DNA of 64,000 nt from Euryarchaeota archaeon UBA62 (GCA_002502095.1 DAPJ01000012.1:5800-69799); one strand, 5' to 3'. Positions 8,091-18,480 are shown, counted from the stretch's first letter. Notes: a model not told the origin generated them from the letters alone. Made by a program: numbers and translations.

Positions 8091-10949
8091 TCATACGAAG
8101 GCTATTCCGGGCTCTAGAGGGAAAGCAACCCTGGCCTTATCAGCAACATCTTCACCATCTCCAACAAAATATGATGTGATCGATTCTATATCCAATGCCA
8201 TAGCTAGGAATTCAGAATTCTGATTAATTATTTCCACCTCATTCAAGTAATTGAGCAGGAGAGTTTTCTGAGAGTTTGACCAAGTATGTATTCTACCTCT
8301 CTTCTTTTTGGAGCCTGTTGTTAGAGTCATCCATAACTGAAATATTTCTCCTCGCATGGTTTCATTCTCGAATATTGGAAGGTTTCGTATATGCTCTTGA
8401 CCCTGACTTTTGAAATCAAAATCTGTAGAAGCCAGATTAATAGCATCGCTGGCAAGTTCTGATTTCCATTTACTAGCTACCTGGACCACCATTCTGGATA
8501 GTGGTGATTCAGAGTGTTTTTCTGCTAGAGATCTGAGATTTCTCGCAGTATCAATAAACTCTCTTAGATAGTCTTCACGAGCCAGTACCAGTGACCAGTC
8601 TGAATCTGAAAGATCTGAAAGATCTGAGAGTGTGTTACTAGCGAGAATACCTGTGCCCCCTAGCGAAGACCAGAATTCCTCAGCAATATGAGGGGTAGCG
8701 GGGGCTAACATCTCTGACCAGATACATAGGAATCTCTGGATTGTCTCCCTATCTGATCCACCTCTTCTCCTGTACCATTGCCAGTCTGATAGCATTTCAT
8801 AATGACTGATCATTACTCCTTCCCTTAGACTAACATCTTCCATTGCATCGATCCACCTAGTTTGATTATCGAGTGCTCTTGCTAGTAGCCAAGAGTCGAT
8901 ATCCTTTGGGTTTAGGGATGCACTCTCCAATGATTTGAATGCCTCGAAAATTTGGTTCATCTGGCGTGAGCTAGACTCTAATGCAGTATCTGACCAGTCC
9001 ATTCCAGCCTCTGGATTTGCCCCGAAGAGGATGAAGAGCCTCACTGTGTCCGCTCCAAACTTAGTAACCATCTCTCCTGGACTGACAGTATTACCAAGGG
9101 ATTTTCCCATTTTGACAGACCGGGTCGTCAGACCAGCACCACAATTAGGACAGTCTCCTCCAAAATTTTCAATATGGTACTCAGAGTTACAGTCTACACA
9201 GAAAGGAGCGGGGGCATTCAACATGCCCTGACATACCAAACGTCCGAATGGCTCACCTACCAAGTTCATTCCCAAATCTCTTGTAGCCTTAGTAAAGAAT
9301 CGGGCATACAAGAGATGCATCACGGCATGCTCAATTCCTCCGATGTAGAGATCTACTCCTCCATCTAACCAATAATTCACTTTGTCCGAATCGAAGGGTT
9401 CCGAACTATTACTAGAATCTGCAAATCTCAAGAAGTACCACGATGAATCAAAGAAAGTATCCATTGTATCGGTCTCCCGCTTCGCTTTACCTCCGCATTT
9501 AGGACATTCTACATTTAGGAATTCTTCATTTTCCTCCAATGGATTACCACTGTTTTCCCAACTGAATTTAACATCAAGAGGAAGTTTGACTGGTAGGTCA
9601 CTATAGCTGACAGGTACAACCCCGCAATCATCGCAATGAATCATGGGGATTGGGGTTCCCCAGAATCTCTGACGACTCAGCAGCCAATCCTTCAGTCTGT
9701 ACTGCACCGTTCCATAACCGGTTTCATTGGCCTCTAGAGCGGATATTACTGCTTCCTTGGCTTCATTTCCGTACAGGCCATCGAATGATTCTAGGTTAGA
9801 GTTAGCCATCCATCCCAAGCCGTCGAATACAGGATTCTCTTCAATCGCATCAGCCCCTCTTGTCTTGGATAATACTGGCCTAATTGGAAGATCGTATTTC
9901 TTGGCGAAGTCATAGTCCCTTTGATCGTGGCCAGGTACTGCCATTACAGCACCTGTTCCATAGCTGGCAACTACGAAGTTTCCAGCATATATCGGAACCT
10001 CCTCGCCATTTAGTGGATTGATGGCAAAGCGGCCCAATGGAACTCCTTTTTTCTCCTTGAGCATATTGATTCTCTCAAACTCGGTCATCCTTGCACATTC
10101 GTTCCTTAGTTTCTCCCAATCATCATAATAATCCGTGCCCGAGACTAATTCTTTGCATAGGGGGTGTTCAGGCGATAGTGTTAGGAAAGTAACTCCAAAA
10201 ATAGTATCTGGTCGAGTAGTGAAGGCTCCAATAGATGATTCTGAGCCTACTACTTTGAAATTGATATGAGCTCCTTGGGATCTTCCTATCCAATTTCTTT
10301 GCATGGTCTTGACGTTTTCTGGGAATTCAATATCATCCAACTCATTCAGTAGCTCATCTGCATACTCTGTCATTCTCAAAAACCATTGAGCCATGTCCTT
10401 CTGTACGACCTCGAGACCACATCTCCAACATCGATTATTTTTCACTTGCTCGTTAGCAAGTACCGTGTCACAATCGTTACACCAATTAACTGGTGCGAAT
10501 CTCCTCTCAACCAGCCCTGCTTCGTGGAATTTCAGAAACAACTGCTGATTCCAATGATAATACCCAGGCGTGGATGTAGCAAACATCCTACGCCAATCGT
10601 AAGAATATCCCATACGTTCTTGATCGGTCTTAATCATCTCGATATTTCTCTCGGTTACTGTATGAGGATGCCCAGATTCTTTTTTCGCTGCATTCTCGGC
10701 GGGCATCCCGAATGAGTCATACCCCATTGGATACAATACGTTCTTTCCCCTCATTCTTTGAAATCGAGCCATTGCATCTCCTATCGAGTAATTTCTAACG
10801 TGACCCATATGCATATTTCCAGATGGGTAAGGGAACATCTCAAGGCAGTAGAATTTGGGCTTGGAGTGATCGACTTCTACTTCGAATACTCCTTCTAATG
10901 ACCATGTTCGTTGCCATTTACTCTCAATAACGTGAGGATTATATGACAT
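8091..10949 (-). CDS. leuS: Leucyl-tRNA synthetase (bacterial-type catalytic core, archaeal-like C-terminus)
   Basis: MFPYPSGNMHMGH (HIGH), FTTRPDT, GTGAVMAVPGHDQRD, SRQRFWGTPIP, KMGKS; SD GAGGTG before ATG 10949. Confidence 0.95.
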   Translation of the reverse strand: MSYNPHVIESKWQRTWSLEGVFEVEVDHSKPKFYCLEMFPYPSGNMHMGHVRNYSIGDAMARFQRMRGKNVLYPMGYDSFGMPAENAAKKESGHPHTVTERNIEMIKTDQERMGYSYDWRRMFATSTPGYYHWNQQLFLKFHEAGLVERRFAPVNWCNDCDTVLANEQVKNNRCWRCGLEVVQKDMAQWFLRMTEYADELLNELDDIEFPENVKTMQRNWIGRSQGAHINFKVVGSESSIGAFTTRPDTIFGVTFLTLSPEHPLCKELVSGTDYYDDWEKLRNECARMTEFERINMLKEKKGVPLGRFAINPLNGEEVPIYAGNFVVASYGTGAVMAVPGHDQRDYDFAKKYDLPIRPVLSKTRGADAIEENPVFDGLGWMANSNLESFDGLYGNEAKEAVISALEANETGYGTVQYRLKDWLLSRQRFWGTPIPMIHCDDCGVVPVSYSDLPVKLPLDVKFSWENSGNPLEENEEFLNVECPKCGGKAKRETDTMDTFFDSSWYFLRFADSSNSSEPFDSDKVNYWLDGGVDLYIGGIEHAVMHLLYARFFTKATRDLGMNLVGEPFGRLVCQGMLNAPAPFCVDCNSEYHIENFGGDCPNCGAGLTTRSVKMGKSLGNTVSPGEMVTKFGADTVRLFILFGANPEAGMDWSDTALESSSRQMNQIFEAFKSLESASLNPKDIDSWLLARALDNQTRWIDAMEDVSLREGVMISHYEMLSDWQWYRRRGGSDRETIQRFLCIWSEMLAPATPHIAEEFWSSLGGTGILASNTLSDLSDLSDSDWSLVLAREDYLREFIDTARNLRSLAEKHSESPLSRMVVQVASKWKSELASDAINLASTDFDFKSQGQEHIRNLPIFENETMRGEIFQLWMTLTTGSKKKRGRIHTWSNSQKTLLLNYLNEVEIINQNSEFLAMALDIESITSYFVGDGEDVADKARVAFPLEPGIAFV

Positions 10950-10950
10950 T

Positions 10951-11106
10951 TTACACACCTCGGTAGTCCCAGAGAATCAGTCTCCTTTCTGAAGAGGGTT
11001 TACTGTTAGCCTCCTCACTGGTGGAGTCCCCGTACAGGACATTCTTGCCATGTACCTCGTAAAGGAGGGGCGATTTTGAACCCTGCCCCCAATATGCTTC
11101 CACCAT
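10951..11106 (-). CDS. Possible 51-aa small ORF directly upstream of leuS
   Basis: ATG 11106 to TAA ending 1 nt before the leuS ATG; fills most of the intergenic gap. Confidence 0.35.
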   Translation of the reverse strand: MVEAYWGQGSKSPLLYEVHGKNVLYGDSTSEEANSKPSSERRLILWDYRGV

Positions 11107-11137
11107 ACCTATTGGATAAGACCGATTGCGGTCAAGC

Positions 11138-11863
11138 ATGCTAGCAGATGGTGAGTTCGATAAGCAGGTAGGAAATGACGGTGTAGATGTATGGGTAACT
11201 CAGATGGGTGACTACATGAACATGAATACAGCTTTCATAGATAAGAAAAATGGAATTGTCGCTATAGTTGATCCTTTTGATTCTGAAAGATGGATAGAGG
11301 GATTAGCAGAGGAGGGTCTCCGTCCGACCCATATTTTGTATACACATACACACAGAGACCATGTTGAAGGATATTCATCCATGATCTCACTCGCACCAAA
11401 TGTGGAGGTTTGGGGCCATGAGGATGCCAGAGTTAGTGGAACGATGTCAAACAAAGTTTTCAGTCTAATAGGTCATGCCGTGTTCAAGAATGTAGACTTC
11501 ACCAATACTTGGAAAAATAATCCTGATTCTTCTGTTGAGTTTAAGTTGGGTTCTATCTCACTAGTCGTCACTCACTCGCCGGGTCATGCCCCTGGACACG
11601 TTACATTACATGGACACGGTGTATATCATGCCGGAGATTTACTATTCACCAATGGGATGGGAAGGGTGGATTTACCAGGGAGTGATCCAGAGGCGCAATG
11701 GAGGAGTATCAGAAAAGCAAAATCAATTCTGGAGGGTCTGCCAAAAAATTGGCGATTAATTCCTGGACATAGATATGATTGGATTGATGGGACGACTCCT
11801 GATTGGGTTACAATCGAAGAGGCATTAGAGCATAATTACGCCCTGAACAACCGGAACCTGTGA
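11138..11863 (+). CDS. MBL-fold metallo-hydrolase (glyoxalase II-like)
   Basis: THTHRDH, SPGHAPGH, AGDLLF, PGH. Confidence 0.88.
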   Translation: MLADGEFDKQVGNDGVDVWVTQMGDYMNMNTAFIDKKNGIVAIVDPFDSERWIEGLAEEGLRPTHILYTHTHRDHVEGYSSMISLAPNVEVWGHEDARVSGTMSNKVFSLIGHAVFKNVDFTNTWKNNPDSSVEFKLGSISLVVTHSPGHAPGHVTLHGHGVYHAGDLLFTNGMGRVDLPGSDPEAQWRSIRKAKSILEGLPKNWRLIPGHRYDWIDGTTPDWVTIEEALEHNYALNNRNL

Positions 11864-11870
11864 GAACAGG

Positions 11871-11978
11871 TTACTTCTTTCTTCTTAACTTAGCAATGAA
11901 TGATCCAATTGTGGCGATGAAAATCTTATTTCTCCATAACCATGATAGGAGTTTGAAAGTACTTCTGATCCTTCCCAA
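11871..11978 (-). CDS. Unannotated 35-aa cationic amphipathic peptide MGRIRSTFKLLSWLWRNKIFIATIGSFIAKLRRKK
   Basis: TTG 2 nt after the aceE stop, GGAGTGA SD-like sequence upstream; fills the whole 117-nt gap. Confidence 0.5.
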   Translation of the reverse strand: MGRIRSTFKLLSWLWRNKIFIATIGSFIAKLRRKK

Positions 11979-11980
11979 AA

Positions 11981-14641
11981 TCACTCCGCCTTGTCTTCTC
12001 TTTTGGGACTGATACCCATTCTTTTTGACGTCTCTTTGACTGTGCCAATTGGCATCTCTCCCACTCTCTCCAGTGCAGAGAGAGAAGCTATAATGATACT
12101 CTCAGTGTCTATCTCGAAGAATCTCCTAAGGTTTTCTCGCGTATCGGAACGTCCAAATCCATCAGTCCCTAGAACGGTAAACGTTCCTCCTACCCATCTC
12201 TGTATCATCTCAGGAATCGCTGCTATGTAGTCTGAGACCGCAATAGTTGGGGTATTATCTCCAAAGCAATCTGCAACGTATGATGAAATTTCATTCTGCG
12301 GGTTGAGTCTGTTGTGCCTCTCCGAGTCTAATCCCTCTCTGCGTAGTTCCCCATATGAAGTCACGGACCAGACCTCAGATGAGACTCCATGCTCAGATAG
12401 CAATAATGATGCCGCCTCTCGAGCGTACTGCAGGATTGGCCCTGATCCTAGTATCCTGACATGTGGGGAGTCATTACTATGTGATTCCTGAACCTTGTAA
12501 GCACCCTTGATGATCCCATAATCTGCCCCCTCGGGCTTTGGTAGCTGTTGCTGATTCTCATTGTACAGCATGACATAGTGTATTACATCCATGTTCTCTC
12601 CCCACATCTCATTGATTCCGTGTCGGATAATTGTGGCAAGTTCGTAAGCATAGGCGGGATCCCAAGCACGACATCCTGGAACGGTTGAAGCCATTAGTAG
12701 GCTGTGTCCATCCTGATGCTGTAGGCCCTCTCCGTTCAGTGTGGTCCTACCAGCAGTGGCACCCATCAGAAATCCTCTAGCTCGTGAGTCCGCGGCCGCC
12801 CATACCTGATCTGCAGTTCTCTGAAATCCAAACATGGAGTAGAAGGTATAGAACGGGAGAGTGGGAGAGGCAGAGTGAGAGTAGGATGTAGCCGCCGCGG
12901 TCCAGGTCGCCATAGAGGTGGCCTCTGCAATACCCTCCTGAATTATCTGGCCCGACTCTGACTCCTTGTAATTCATGAGCATCTTGTGGTCTACTGGAGT
13001 ATAGTTCTGACCAACCTGAGAGAAAATACCAAACTCACTGAATAGAGGGTCCATCCCAAAAGTCCTACCCTCATCAGGGATAATAGGTACGACTCGAGGA
13101 CCCACCTCAGACTTCAGTAGTTTTCTTAATAGTCTGACAAAAACCATTGTAGTTGAGACTAGCTGTCCTTCCCTAGTACCTTCATCGAACTCCGAGAAGG
13201 TAGATATCTCTGGAACCTTGATGTCAACCCGGGGAGATCTCCTAGATGGGAGATATCCACCTAGTTCCTCCCTTCTACTTCTAAGATACTCGATTTCATC
13301 TGAGTCTTCCCCGGGGTGATAAAGAGGGGAGTCCTCGAGAGTCTCGTCATCTATTGGTAGTTCCAAAGAGTCCCTATATGCGATAAGGTCCTGTAAAGCC
13401 ATCTTCTTCTTTTGATGTGTTGAGTTTCTTCCCTCGAAGGAGTCTATCCCCCATCCTTTGACAGTATGAGAAAGAATGACTGCTGGTCCTTCGGCCGCCT
13501 CTGCACATTTGTAGGCGGCATAGACCTTCCTCGGGTCGTGACCACCTCTACGCATGTCCTCTATCTCAGCATCAGAGAGTGATTCTCCCAAGGAGGAGAG
13601 AATATCATTGCCAGAGAAGAATTCCTTTCTGAAGGCTGAAGGCTGAAGGGTACTCATCCTCTGCCAGTCGCCGTCATTAATTCCCTCAATCCTTGATAAT
13701 ACAACCCCCATGGAATCTTCGTTCATTATCCGATCCCATCCTGATGACCAGAGGACCTTGATCACTGTCCAGCCTGCTCCTCGATATAGCCCCTCTAGTT
13801 CCTGAATAATTTTCGCATTGCCTCTAACTGGGCCATCTAGTCTTTGGAGATTACAGTTTACGACTACTATCAGATTGTCGAGATTTTCGCGGCCGGCTAT
13901 CGCTATTGATGCTATAGATTCTGGCTCGTCCATTTCCCCATCACCCAGAAAGGCAAAGACCCGGCTTTGAGATGTATCCGCAAGTCCCCTCTGGTGAAGA
14001 TATTTCCAGAACCTAGCTTGCATTACAGCCGCGAGTGGCCCTAGTCCCATGGATACAGTAGTATATTCCCAGAATTCTGGCATAAGCCTCGGATGAGGGT
14101 ATGAGGAAAGTCCGTCTTTGAATGCCTCTTGTCTGAAATTGATCATCTGCTCACGTGAAATCCTGCCCTCGAGGAATGCCCGAGCGTAAATACCGGGGCT
14201 TACGTGGCCTTGGATGTAGATTGCATCTCCTATCCCATTGGAGTCTTTTCCTCTGAAAATATGGTTAAATCCGACTTCATACAGCGTAGAGCTGGATGCA
14301 TAGGTAGAGATATGCCCTCCGATTCCATCTATTCTCCTGTTTGTATCAGAAACGACAACGGCCGCGTTCCAGAGTATCGAATTCTGAATCTTCTTCTCTA
14401 TTTCCAAGTCGCCCGGATATGGTGGTTGTTGGTCTAAGGATATGGTATTCAGATAGGGAGTTCTGGATGGTGGCTTAATCGGGATCGAGAGATCCTTTGC
14501 CTCAATCATGAGTTCATGTAGGAGCATACGAGCTCTTTCAACACCATGAGACTCTACAACTGATCTTATTGATTCCAACCATTCGTCTGTCTCCTCGGGA
14601 TCGAAATCGGGAAGACTTTGGCGTGGTTTAGGACCTGACAT
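11981..14641 (-). CDS. aceE: Pyruvate dehydrogenase E1, homodimeric bacterial type
   Basis: GGHISTYASS, SSYPHP, TVSMGLG, GDGEMDEPES, NCNLQRLDGPV, GRTTLNGEGLQH. Confidence 0.95.
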   Translation of the reverse strand: MSGPKPRQSLPDFDPEETDEWLESIRSVVESHGVERARMLLHELMIEAKDLSIPIKPPSRTPYLNTISLDQQPPYPGDLEIEKKIQNSILWNAAVVVSDTNRRIDGIGGHISTYASSSTLYEVGFNHIFRGKDSNGIGDAIYIQGHVSPGIYARAFLEGRISREQMINFRQEAFKDGLSSYPHPRLMPEFWEYTTVSMGLGPLAAVMQARFWKYLHQRGLADTSQSRVFAFLGDGEMDEPESIASIAIAGRENLDNLIVVVNCNLQRLDGPVRGNAKIIQELEGLYRGAGWTVIKVLWSSGWDRIMNEDSMGVVLSRIEGINDGDWQRMSTLQPSAFRKEFFSGNDILSSLGESLSDAEIEDMRRGGHDPRKVYAAYKCAEAAEGPAVILSHTVKGWGIDSFEGRNSTHQKKKMALQDLIAYRDSLELPIDDETLEDSPLYHPGEDSDEIEYLRSRREELGGYLPSRRSPRVDIKVPEISTFSEFDEGTREGQLVSTTMVFVRLLRKLLKSEVGPRVVPIIPDEGRTFGMDPLFSEFGIFSQVGQNYTPVDHKMLMNYKESESGQIIQEGIAEATSMATWTAAATSYSHSASPTLPFYTFYSMFGFQRTADQVWAAADSRARGFLMGATAGRTTLNGEGLQHQDGHSLLMASTVPGCRAWDPAYAYELATIIRHGINEMWGENMDVIHYVMLYNENQQQLPKPEGADYGIIKGAYKVQESHSNDSPHVRILGSGPILQYAREAASLLLSEHGVSSEVWSVTSYGELRREGLDSERHNRLNPQNEISSYVADCFGDNTPTIAVSDYIAAIPEMIQRWVGGTFTVLGTDGFGRSDTRENLRRFFEIDTESIIIASLSALERVGEMPIGTVKETSKRMGISPKREDKAE

Positions 14642-14711
14642 GTGAGCACCTGCCCCTATGGGGCAGACTTCCGACAGCTAGTTGTTTATTCAATGTTCGA
14701 TAGTAACGAGT

Positions 14712-15293
14712 TCAGTTGGCAGGCCCTTTAGGACCTACAGTGACAACATGACACTCATGAATAGTGCGAACTCCTGCTACAGTAATCGATGAGTCCCCAT
14801 CGATACACCTCTCGCCCTCCCAGTTCCTAACTACCTTTGCTACTGTGCTTCTACCTGCCTTGTTTAGCGGATCTACCTTGAGTTCTATTGAGACCTCTTC
14901 GGCTTCCCCCATCCATCTCAATACTGCTTCAATAGATTTACTAGCAATACCGTGATTTTGCTCGGAGCTCCTAACCCAGTAGCCCAGGTTCCATGATGCT
15001 TGTCCAGATCTTGTAACACGATCAAAACCTATCAGACCAAGTAAAGAGTCGTCCCAAGGCCTTACCATTATCCAATGGTGCAATAGTCCTGCTCTCCCCA
15101 TTCTCTCAGTTTCTGATAGGAATTCAGATATTTGCTGTTTCAGATCGGCATCTGGATTGATCCAAGGCATAGCTCTATTGACTTCAGGCCAAGTCTCCTC
15201 AAATGCCTCCAAAAGATCCTTCGATCTCGTATTGGATGCTGGTCTGAGAACGAGTTCTTCGCCCACTCTAATAGAGCTAGTCGCGCGCCTCAT
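14712..15293 (-). CDS. GNAT N-acetyltransferase, RimJ/RimL family
   Basis: AMPW, NLGYWVRSSEQNHGIAS. Confidence 0.8.
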   Translation of the reverse strand: MRRATSSIRVGEELVLRPASNTRSKDLLEAFEETWPEVNRAMPWINPDADLKQQISEFLSETERMGRAGLLHHWIMVRPWDDSLLGLIGFDRVTRSGQASWNLGYWVRSSEQNHGIASKSIEAVLRWMGEAEEVSIELKVDPLNKAGRSTVAKVVRNWEGERCIDGDSSITVAGVRTIHECHVVTVGPKGPAN

Positions 15294-15338
15294 AACGTAT
15301 CGGAAAAGGGCCTATCGCATCATCTCTGCGGAGATGAG

Positions 15339-16406
15339 TCATGGTCTCAATTTTGCTTTGGCATTAGAAACTGCATCATCTTCGGGGTAAACTCTGAGTG
15401 CCGCCTCTAGCAATTTATCTACTGCTTGGGCCCTGCCCATTCTCTGCAATAGAGCACCTATTGGATAGACTAGCTTTGTTCTGTCACCTAAATGTGGGCC
15501 GACTTCATCCAGTATGACTGTCGCTTGGGCGATATTTTTGGATTTCGCGGCTTCCATAGCAGACTTCACCTTCTGGGCCACATCCCTTCCAGACCACTCT
15601 TCTTGTTGGGCCCATGGCCAAATATTCTCTATCTTAGAGTCGGCAACAGGCCTGGAGTCGATCATTGACAAATCGGGAGGAGGAGGTATGGGCATAGGCT
15701 CTTGGTCATCATCAACTATGGGTGGATCGATTTTGACTTCTCTGAGAGGAGGGAGGTCTGTCGGGGGACTGGGTAGTACCTCTGGATTCTCAGATACCTC
15801 CTCATCGACAACAATATCCCGAGATGGCTCAGGGAGTGTTTCTCCTTTCTCAACCTCTAAAGGTTCTGGTATTTCTTCGGCAGAGACTATTTCCACATCT
15901 TCTGATGATTCCGAGGTTGGCTTTATCAGGTCCACTTGTTGTATGGGTATCTCTTCTAGTCCTTCTTCTTCGGCTTCTGGCATTTCGAACTTTGTAACAA
16001 ATTCGGGAGCGTCGTCAGGAGTTAGTTCGTAATCCTCGTATTCCTCCTCTTCGACTGGTTCGGGTTTGTCAACAGTAAACGCGAAGCTGGGTTTCTGCTT
16101 GGTAACTACTGAATCGTCGCTACCATACTGTTTGACATCTATTGTTACGTCATCCATCGTGAATGTGGTTCTAGACCAGTCCACTATGTCCTCTTCTTCG
16201 TCCTCCTCAAAATCTGAGAGTAATTCGTCAAAAAGTTCTGTAGCTTCTTCCTTATCGACATTATTTGCTTGTTGATGAGATGCCATTTTCAGCTGATAAG
16301 AGCATCTTGAACAAATCTCTGAATCCTCAGGATTCTTCTCTTGACATAGGGGACACTGGATGGTATTATCGGCTGGCTTTCTATTGAATTTGAATCTATC
16401 AAACAC
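15339..16406 (-). CDS. Zinc-ribbon protein with acidic/Pro-rich linker and C-terminal TPR-like helices
   Basis: CPLC...CSRC; long D/E/P-rich stretch; ALLQRMGRAQAVDKLLEAALRVYPEDDAV. Confidence 0.65.
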   Translation of the reverse strand: MFDRFKFNRKPADNTIQCPLCQEKNPEDSEICSRCSYQLKMASHQQANNVDKEEATELFDELLSDFEEDEEEDIVDWSRTTFTMDDVTIDVKQYGSDDSVVTKQKPSFAFTVDKPEPVEEEEYEDYELTPDDAPEFVTKFEMPEAEEEGLEEIPIQQVDLIKPTSESSEDVEIVSAEEIPEPLEVEKGETLPEPSRDIVVDEEVSENPEVLPSPPTDLPPLREVKIDPPIVDDDQEPMPIPPPPDLSMIDSRPVADSKIENIWPWAQQEEWSGRDVAQKVKSAMEAAKSKNIAQATVILDEVGPHLGDRTKLVYPIGALLQRMGRAQAVDKLLEAALRVYPEDDAVSNAKAKLRP

Positions 16407-16476
16407 TAACGCATCCCCCCCCTATTGTCCATTCCCCGAAACTCATCGTATAATCCTCACGGGGATATGAGCGATA

Positions 16477-18471
16477 ATGCTCGGTAGGAATTTGTCATTA
16501 TTCTCTGGCAATAGTGATGAAGGTCCAGTGCTACGGAAGCATGTGGAAGGAGATTCTGAAGATCGTCGTGGTCGATTCAAAAGGAGTCAGGATCATCATG
16601 AGCTCTATCAGAAATTGATACGTTGGGAGCTTGATGATGAGCTATATGCCACTGAAAAGAGGCTTCGTGACTGGACTAGAGAGAGACTGGTCTCAAACGG
16701 GTTAGCTCTTTTCGACTTGATTGCGAAACCAGATGGCTGGCTTTTCGACCAGCGAATAGTCAAACTAAGGCGAAAGAGTAGGTCTGATCTCGGACAGCAT
16801 AGATTTAGGCAGGGAGATATTGTCATGCTGAGTCGCGGGGACCCTCTTTCAGAGAAGCCTATTGAAGCCATAGTTAGTGATCGTCGAAGAGACTCTATTA
16901 GAGTTGTACTCAAAGAGACCCCATCTGACCTCAGGAAGGACACATGGAGAATGGATAGGGGTGCTAATAGGATAGCTTATGACAGAATGAGAGATTCTCT
17001 AAATTCAATCTTCCAAGAAGAAGGAGGGGTTCCTATGAGAGACTTGATTCTAGGGTCCGTACATGATCCGTCTGGTACTTCTTCTCTACCTCCCCAACTC
17101 GGTGGGGCAAGAGGAAGGAGATTTGTCTTGGATAGTTCTTTGAATAAACCACAACGAGAAGCCGCTCTCGCAGCGATACAGCAGAGGCTGACTCTGATAC
17201 AGGGCCCTCCTGGAACGGGAAAAACACACACTGCAGTACGTATTATTGAGGCGTGGTCACAGCAAGATCTGGGGACTATCCTAGCGGTGGCAGATTCAAA
17301 TGTCGCTGTGGACAATTTGTTGGAAGGATTACTGCAGCTAGGCGTGAGGGCCGTGAGACTGGGACAGCCAGTGAAAGTAAGGGAGGGTTTGAGGGACGCA
17401 ACAATGGATGCTCTGATGGAAAAGCATCCACTTAGGAAAGACCTCATAGATCATTTAGAGCTCAATGAGAAGCTGGGTCGTAAAATCAAGGGAATGAGGG
17501 GGGGCAAGGAGAAGGGACTTGCTCACAGAGATTTAGGAAGGGGGTGGAAGGAAGTGAGAAGGATTGAAGGCCAGATGAGAGACGATATCTTGGATAGGGC
17601 ACAAGTCCTCTGCTGTACTTGCATAGGTTCCGGACACGAGCTTCTGGATGGAAGAAGATTTAGTCAGGTTTTGATTGATGAAGCTACTCAAGCTACAGAG
17701 CCGTCCACTTTGGTGCCAATTGTCAGAGGTGCCAGACAGATTGTTCTCGTTGGGGATCACAAGCAACTATCTCCCACAGTTATATCCAGAAGAGCTGAGG
17801 ATGGTGGATTGAGTAAGTCTCTATTCGAGAGAATCATGGAAATGGGCATTACCCCCTTCTTGCTGACAAAACAATACAGGATGCACCCGGGGATATCGGA
17901 ATTCCCTAACGAGATGTTTTATGATGGGAAATTGGAGGATGGGGTAACAGAATCCGATAGGAAAGCACCTGCAGGTATTCTATGGCCCGATTGGGAAAGG
18001 CCTGTTGCCTTCTTACCAGTTGAAGGAGGAGAGGTAGATGGACCTGATGGGGCTTCAAAGGAGAATAAGGCTGAAGCTTCTTGGGTTGCAAAAATCGTGG
18101 AGGACCTAGTAAATGCTGGAGAGATAGGGCAAGACCAAATTGGAGTCATCACTCCTTATGCGGCTCAAGTTAGGGCTATTCGAGATGTTCTTCCAGAGGC
18201 CCTAACTGACTTGGAGGTGAAGACTGTGGATGGATATCAAGGAAGGGAGAAGGAAATCATAATTTTCTCATGCGTGAGATCTAACTCGGATGGAAATGTT
18301 GGGTTCCTGTCCGATCCAAGGAGATTAAATGTGGCGCTGACTAGAGCTAAGAGGGGTTTAGTGGTTATAGGAGACCCCGCTACTCTGAGGCATGATGAGA
18401 ATTGGGCCTCCTGGATTGATCATGCTAGTAAACACAACCTTGAGGCGTGGCACATCATCGGAATGGCTTGA
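16477..18471 (+). CDS. SF1B helicase, Upf1/IGHMBP2/DNA2-NAM7 family
   Basis: QGPPGTGKT, SNVAVDN, IDEATQ, GDHKQL, QYRMHP, TVDGYQGREK, RRLNVALTRA. Confidence 0.92.
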   Translation: MLGRNLSLFSGNSDEGPVLRKHVEGDSEDRRGRFKRSQDHHELYQKLIRWELDDELYATEKRLRDWTRERLVSNGLALFDLIAKPDGWLFDQRIVKLRRKSRSDLGQHRFRQGDIVMLSRGDPLSEKPIEAIVSDRRRDSIRVVLKETPSDLRKDTWRMDRGANRIAYDRMRDSLNSIFQEEGGVPMRDLILGSVHDPSGTSSLPPQLGGARGRRFVLDSSLNKPQREAALAAIQQRLTLIQGPPGTGKTHTAVRIIEAWSQQDLGTILAVADSNVAVDNLLEGLLQLGVRAVRLGQPVKVREGLRDATMDALMEKHPLRKDLIDHLELNEKLGRKIKGMRGGKEKGLAHRDLGRGWKEVRRIEGQMRDDILDRAQVLCCTCIGSGHELLDGRRFSQVLIDEATQATEPSTLVPIVRGARQIVLVGDHKQLSPTVISRRAEDGGLSKSLFERIMEMGITPFLLTKQYRMHPGISEFPNEMFYDGKLEDGVTESDRKAPAGILWPDWERPVAFLPVEGGEVDGPDGASKENKAEASWVAKIVEDLVNAGEIGQDQIGVITPYAAQVRAIRDVLPEALTDLEVKTVDGYQGREKEIIIFSCVRSNSDGNVGFLSDPRRLNVALTRAKRGLVVIGDPATLRHDENWASWIDHASKHNLEAWHIIGMA

Positions 18472-18480
18472 GGGAGTACT

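Noticed and set aside
8605-8630. 9-bp tandem repeat in leuS (LSDLSDLSD)
   Set aside because: Short in-frame slippage in a linker with no further signal
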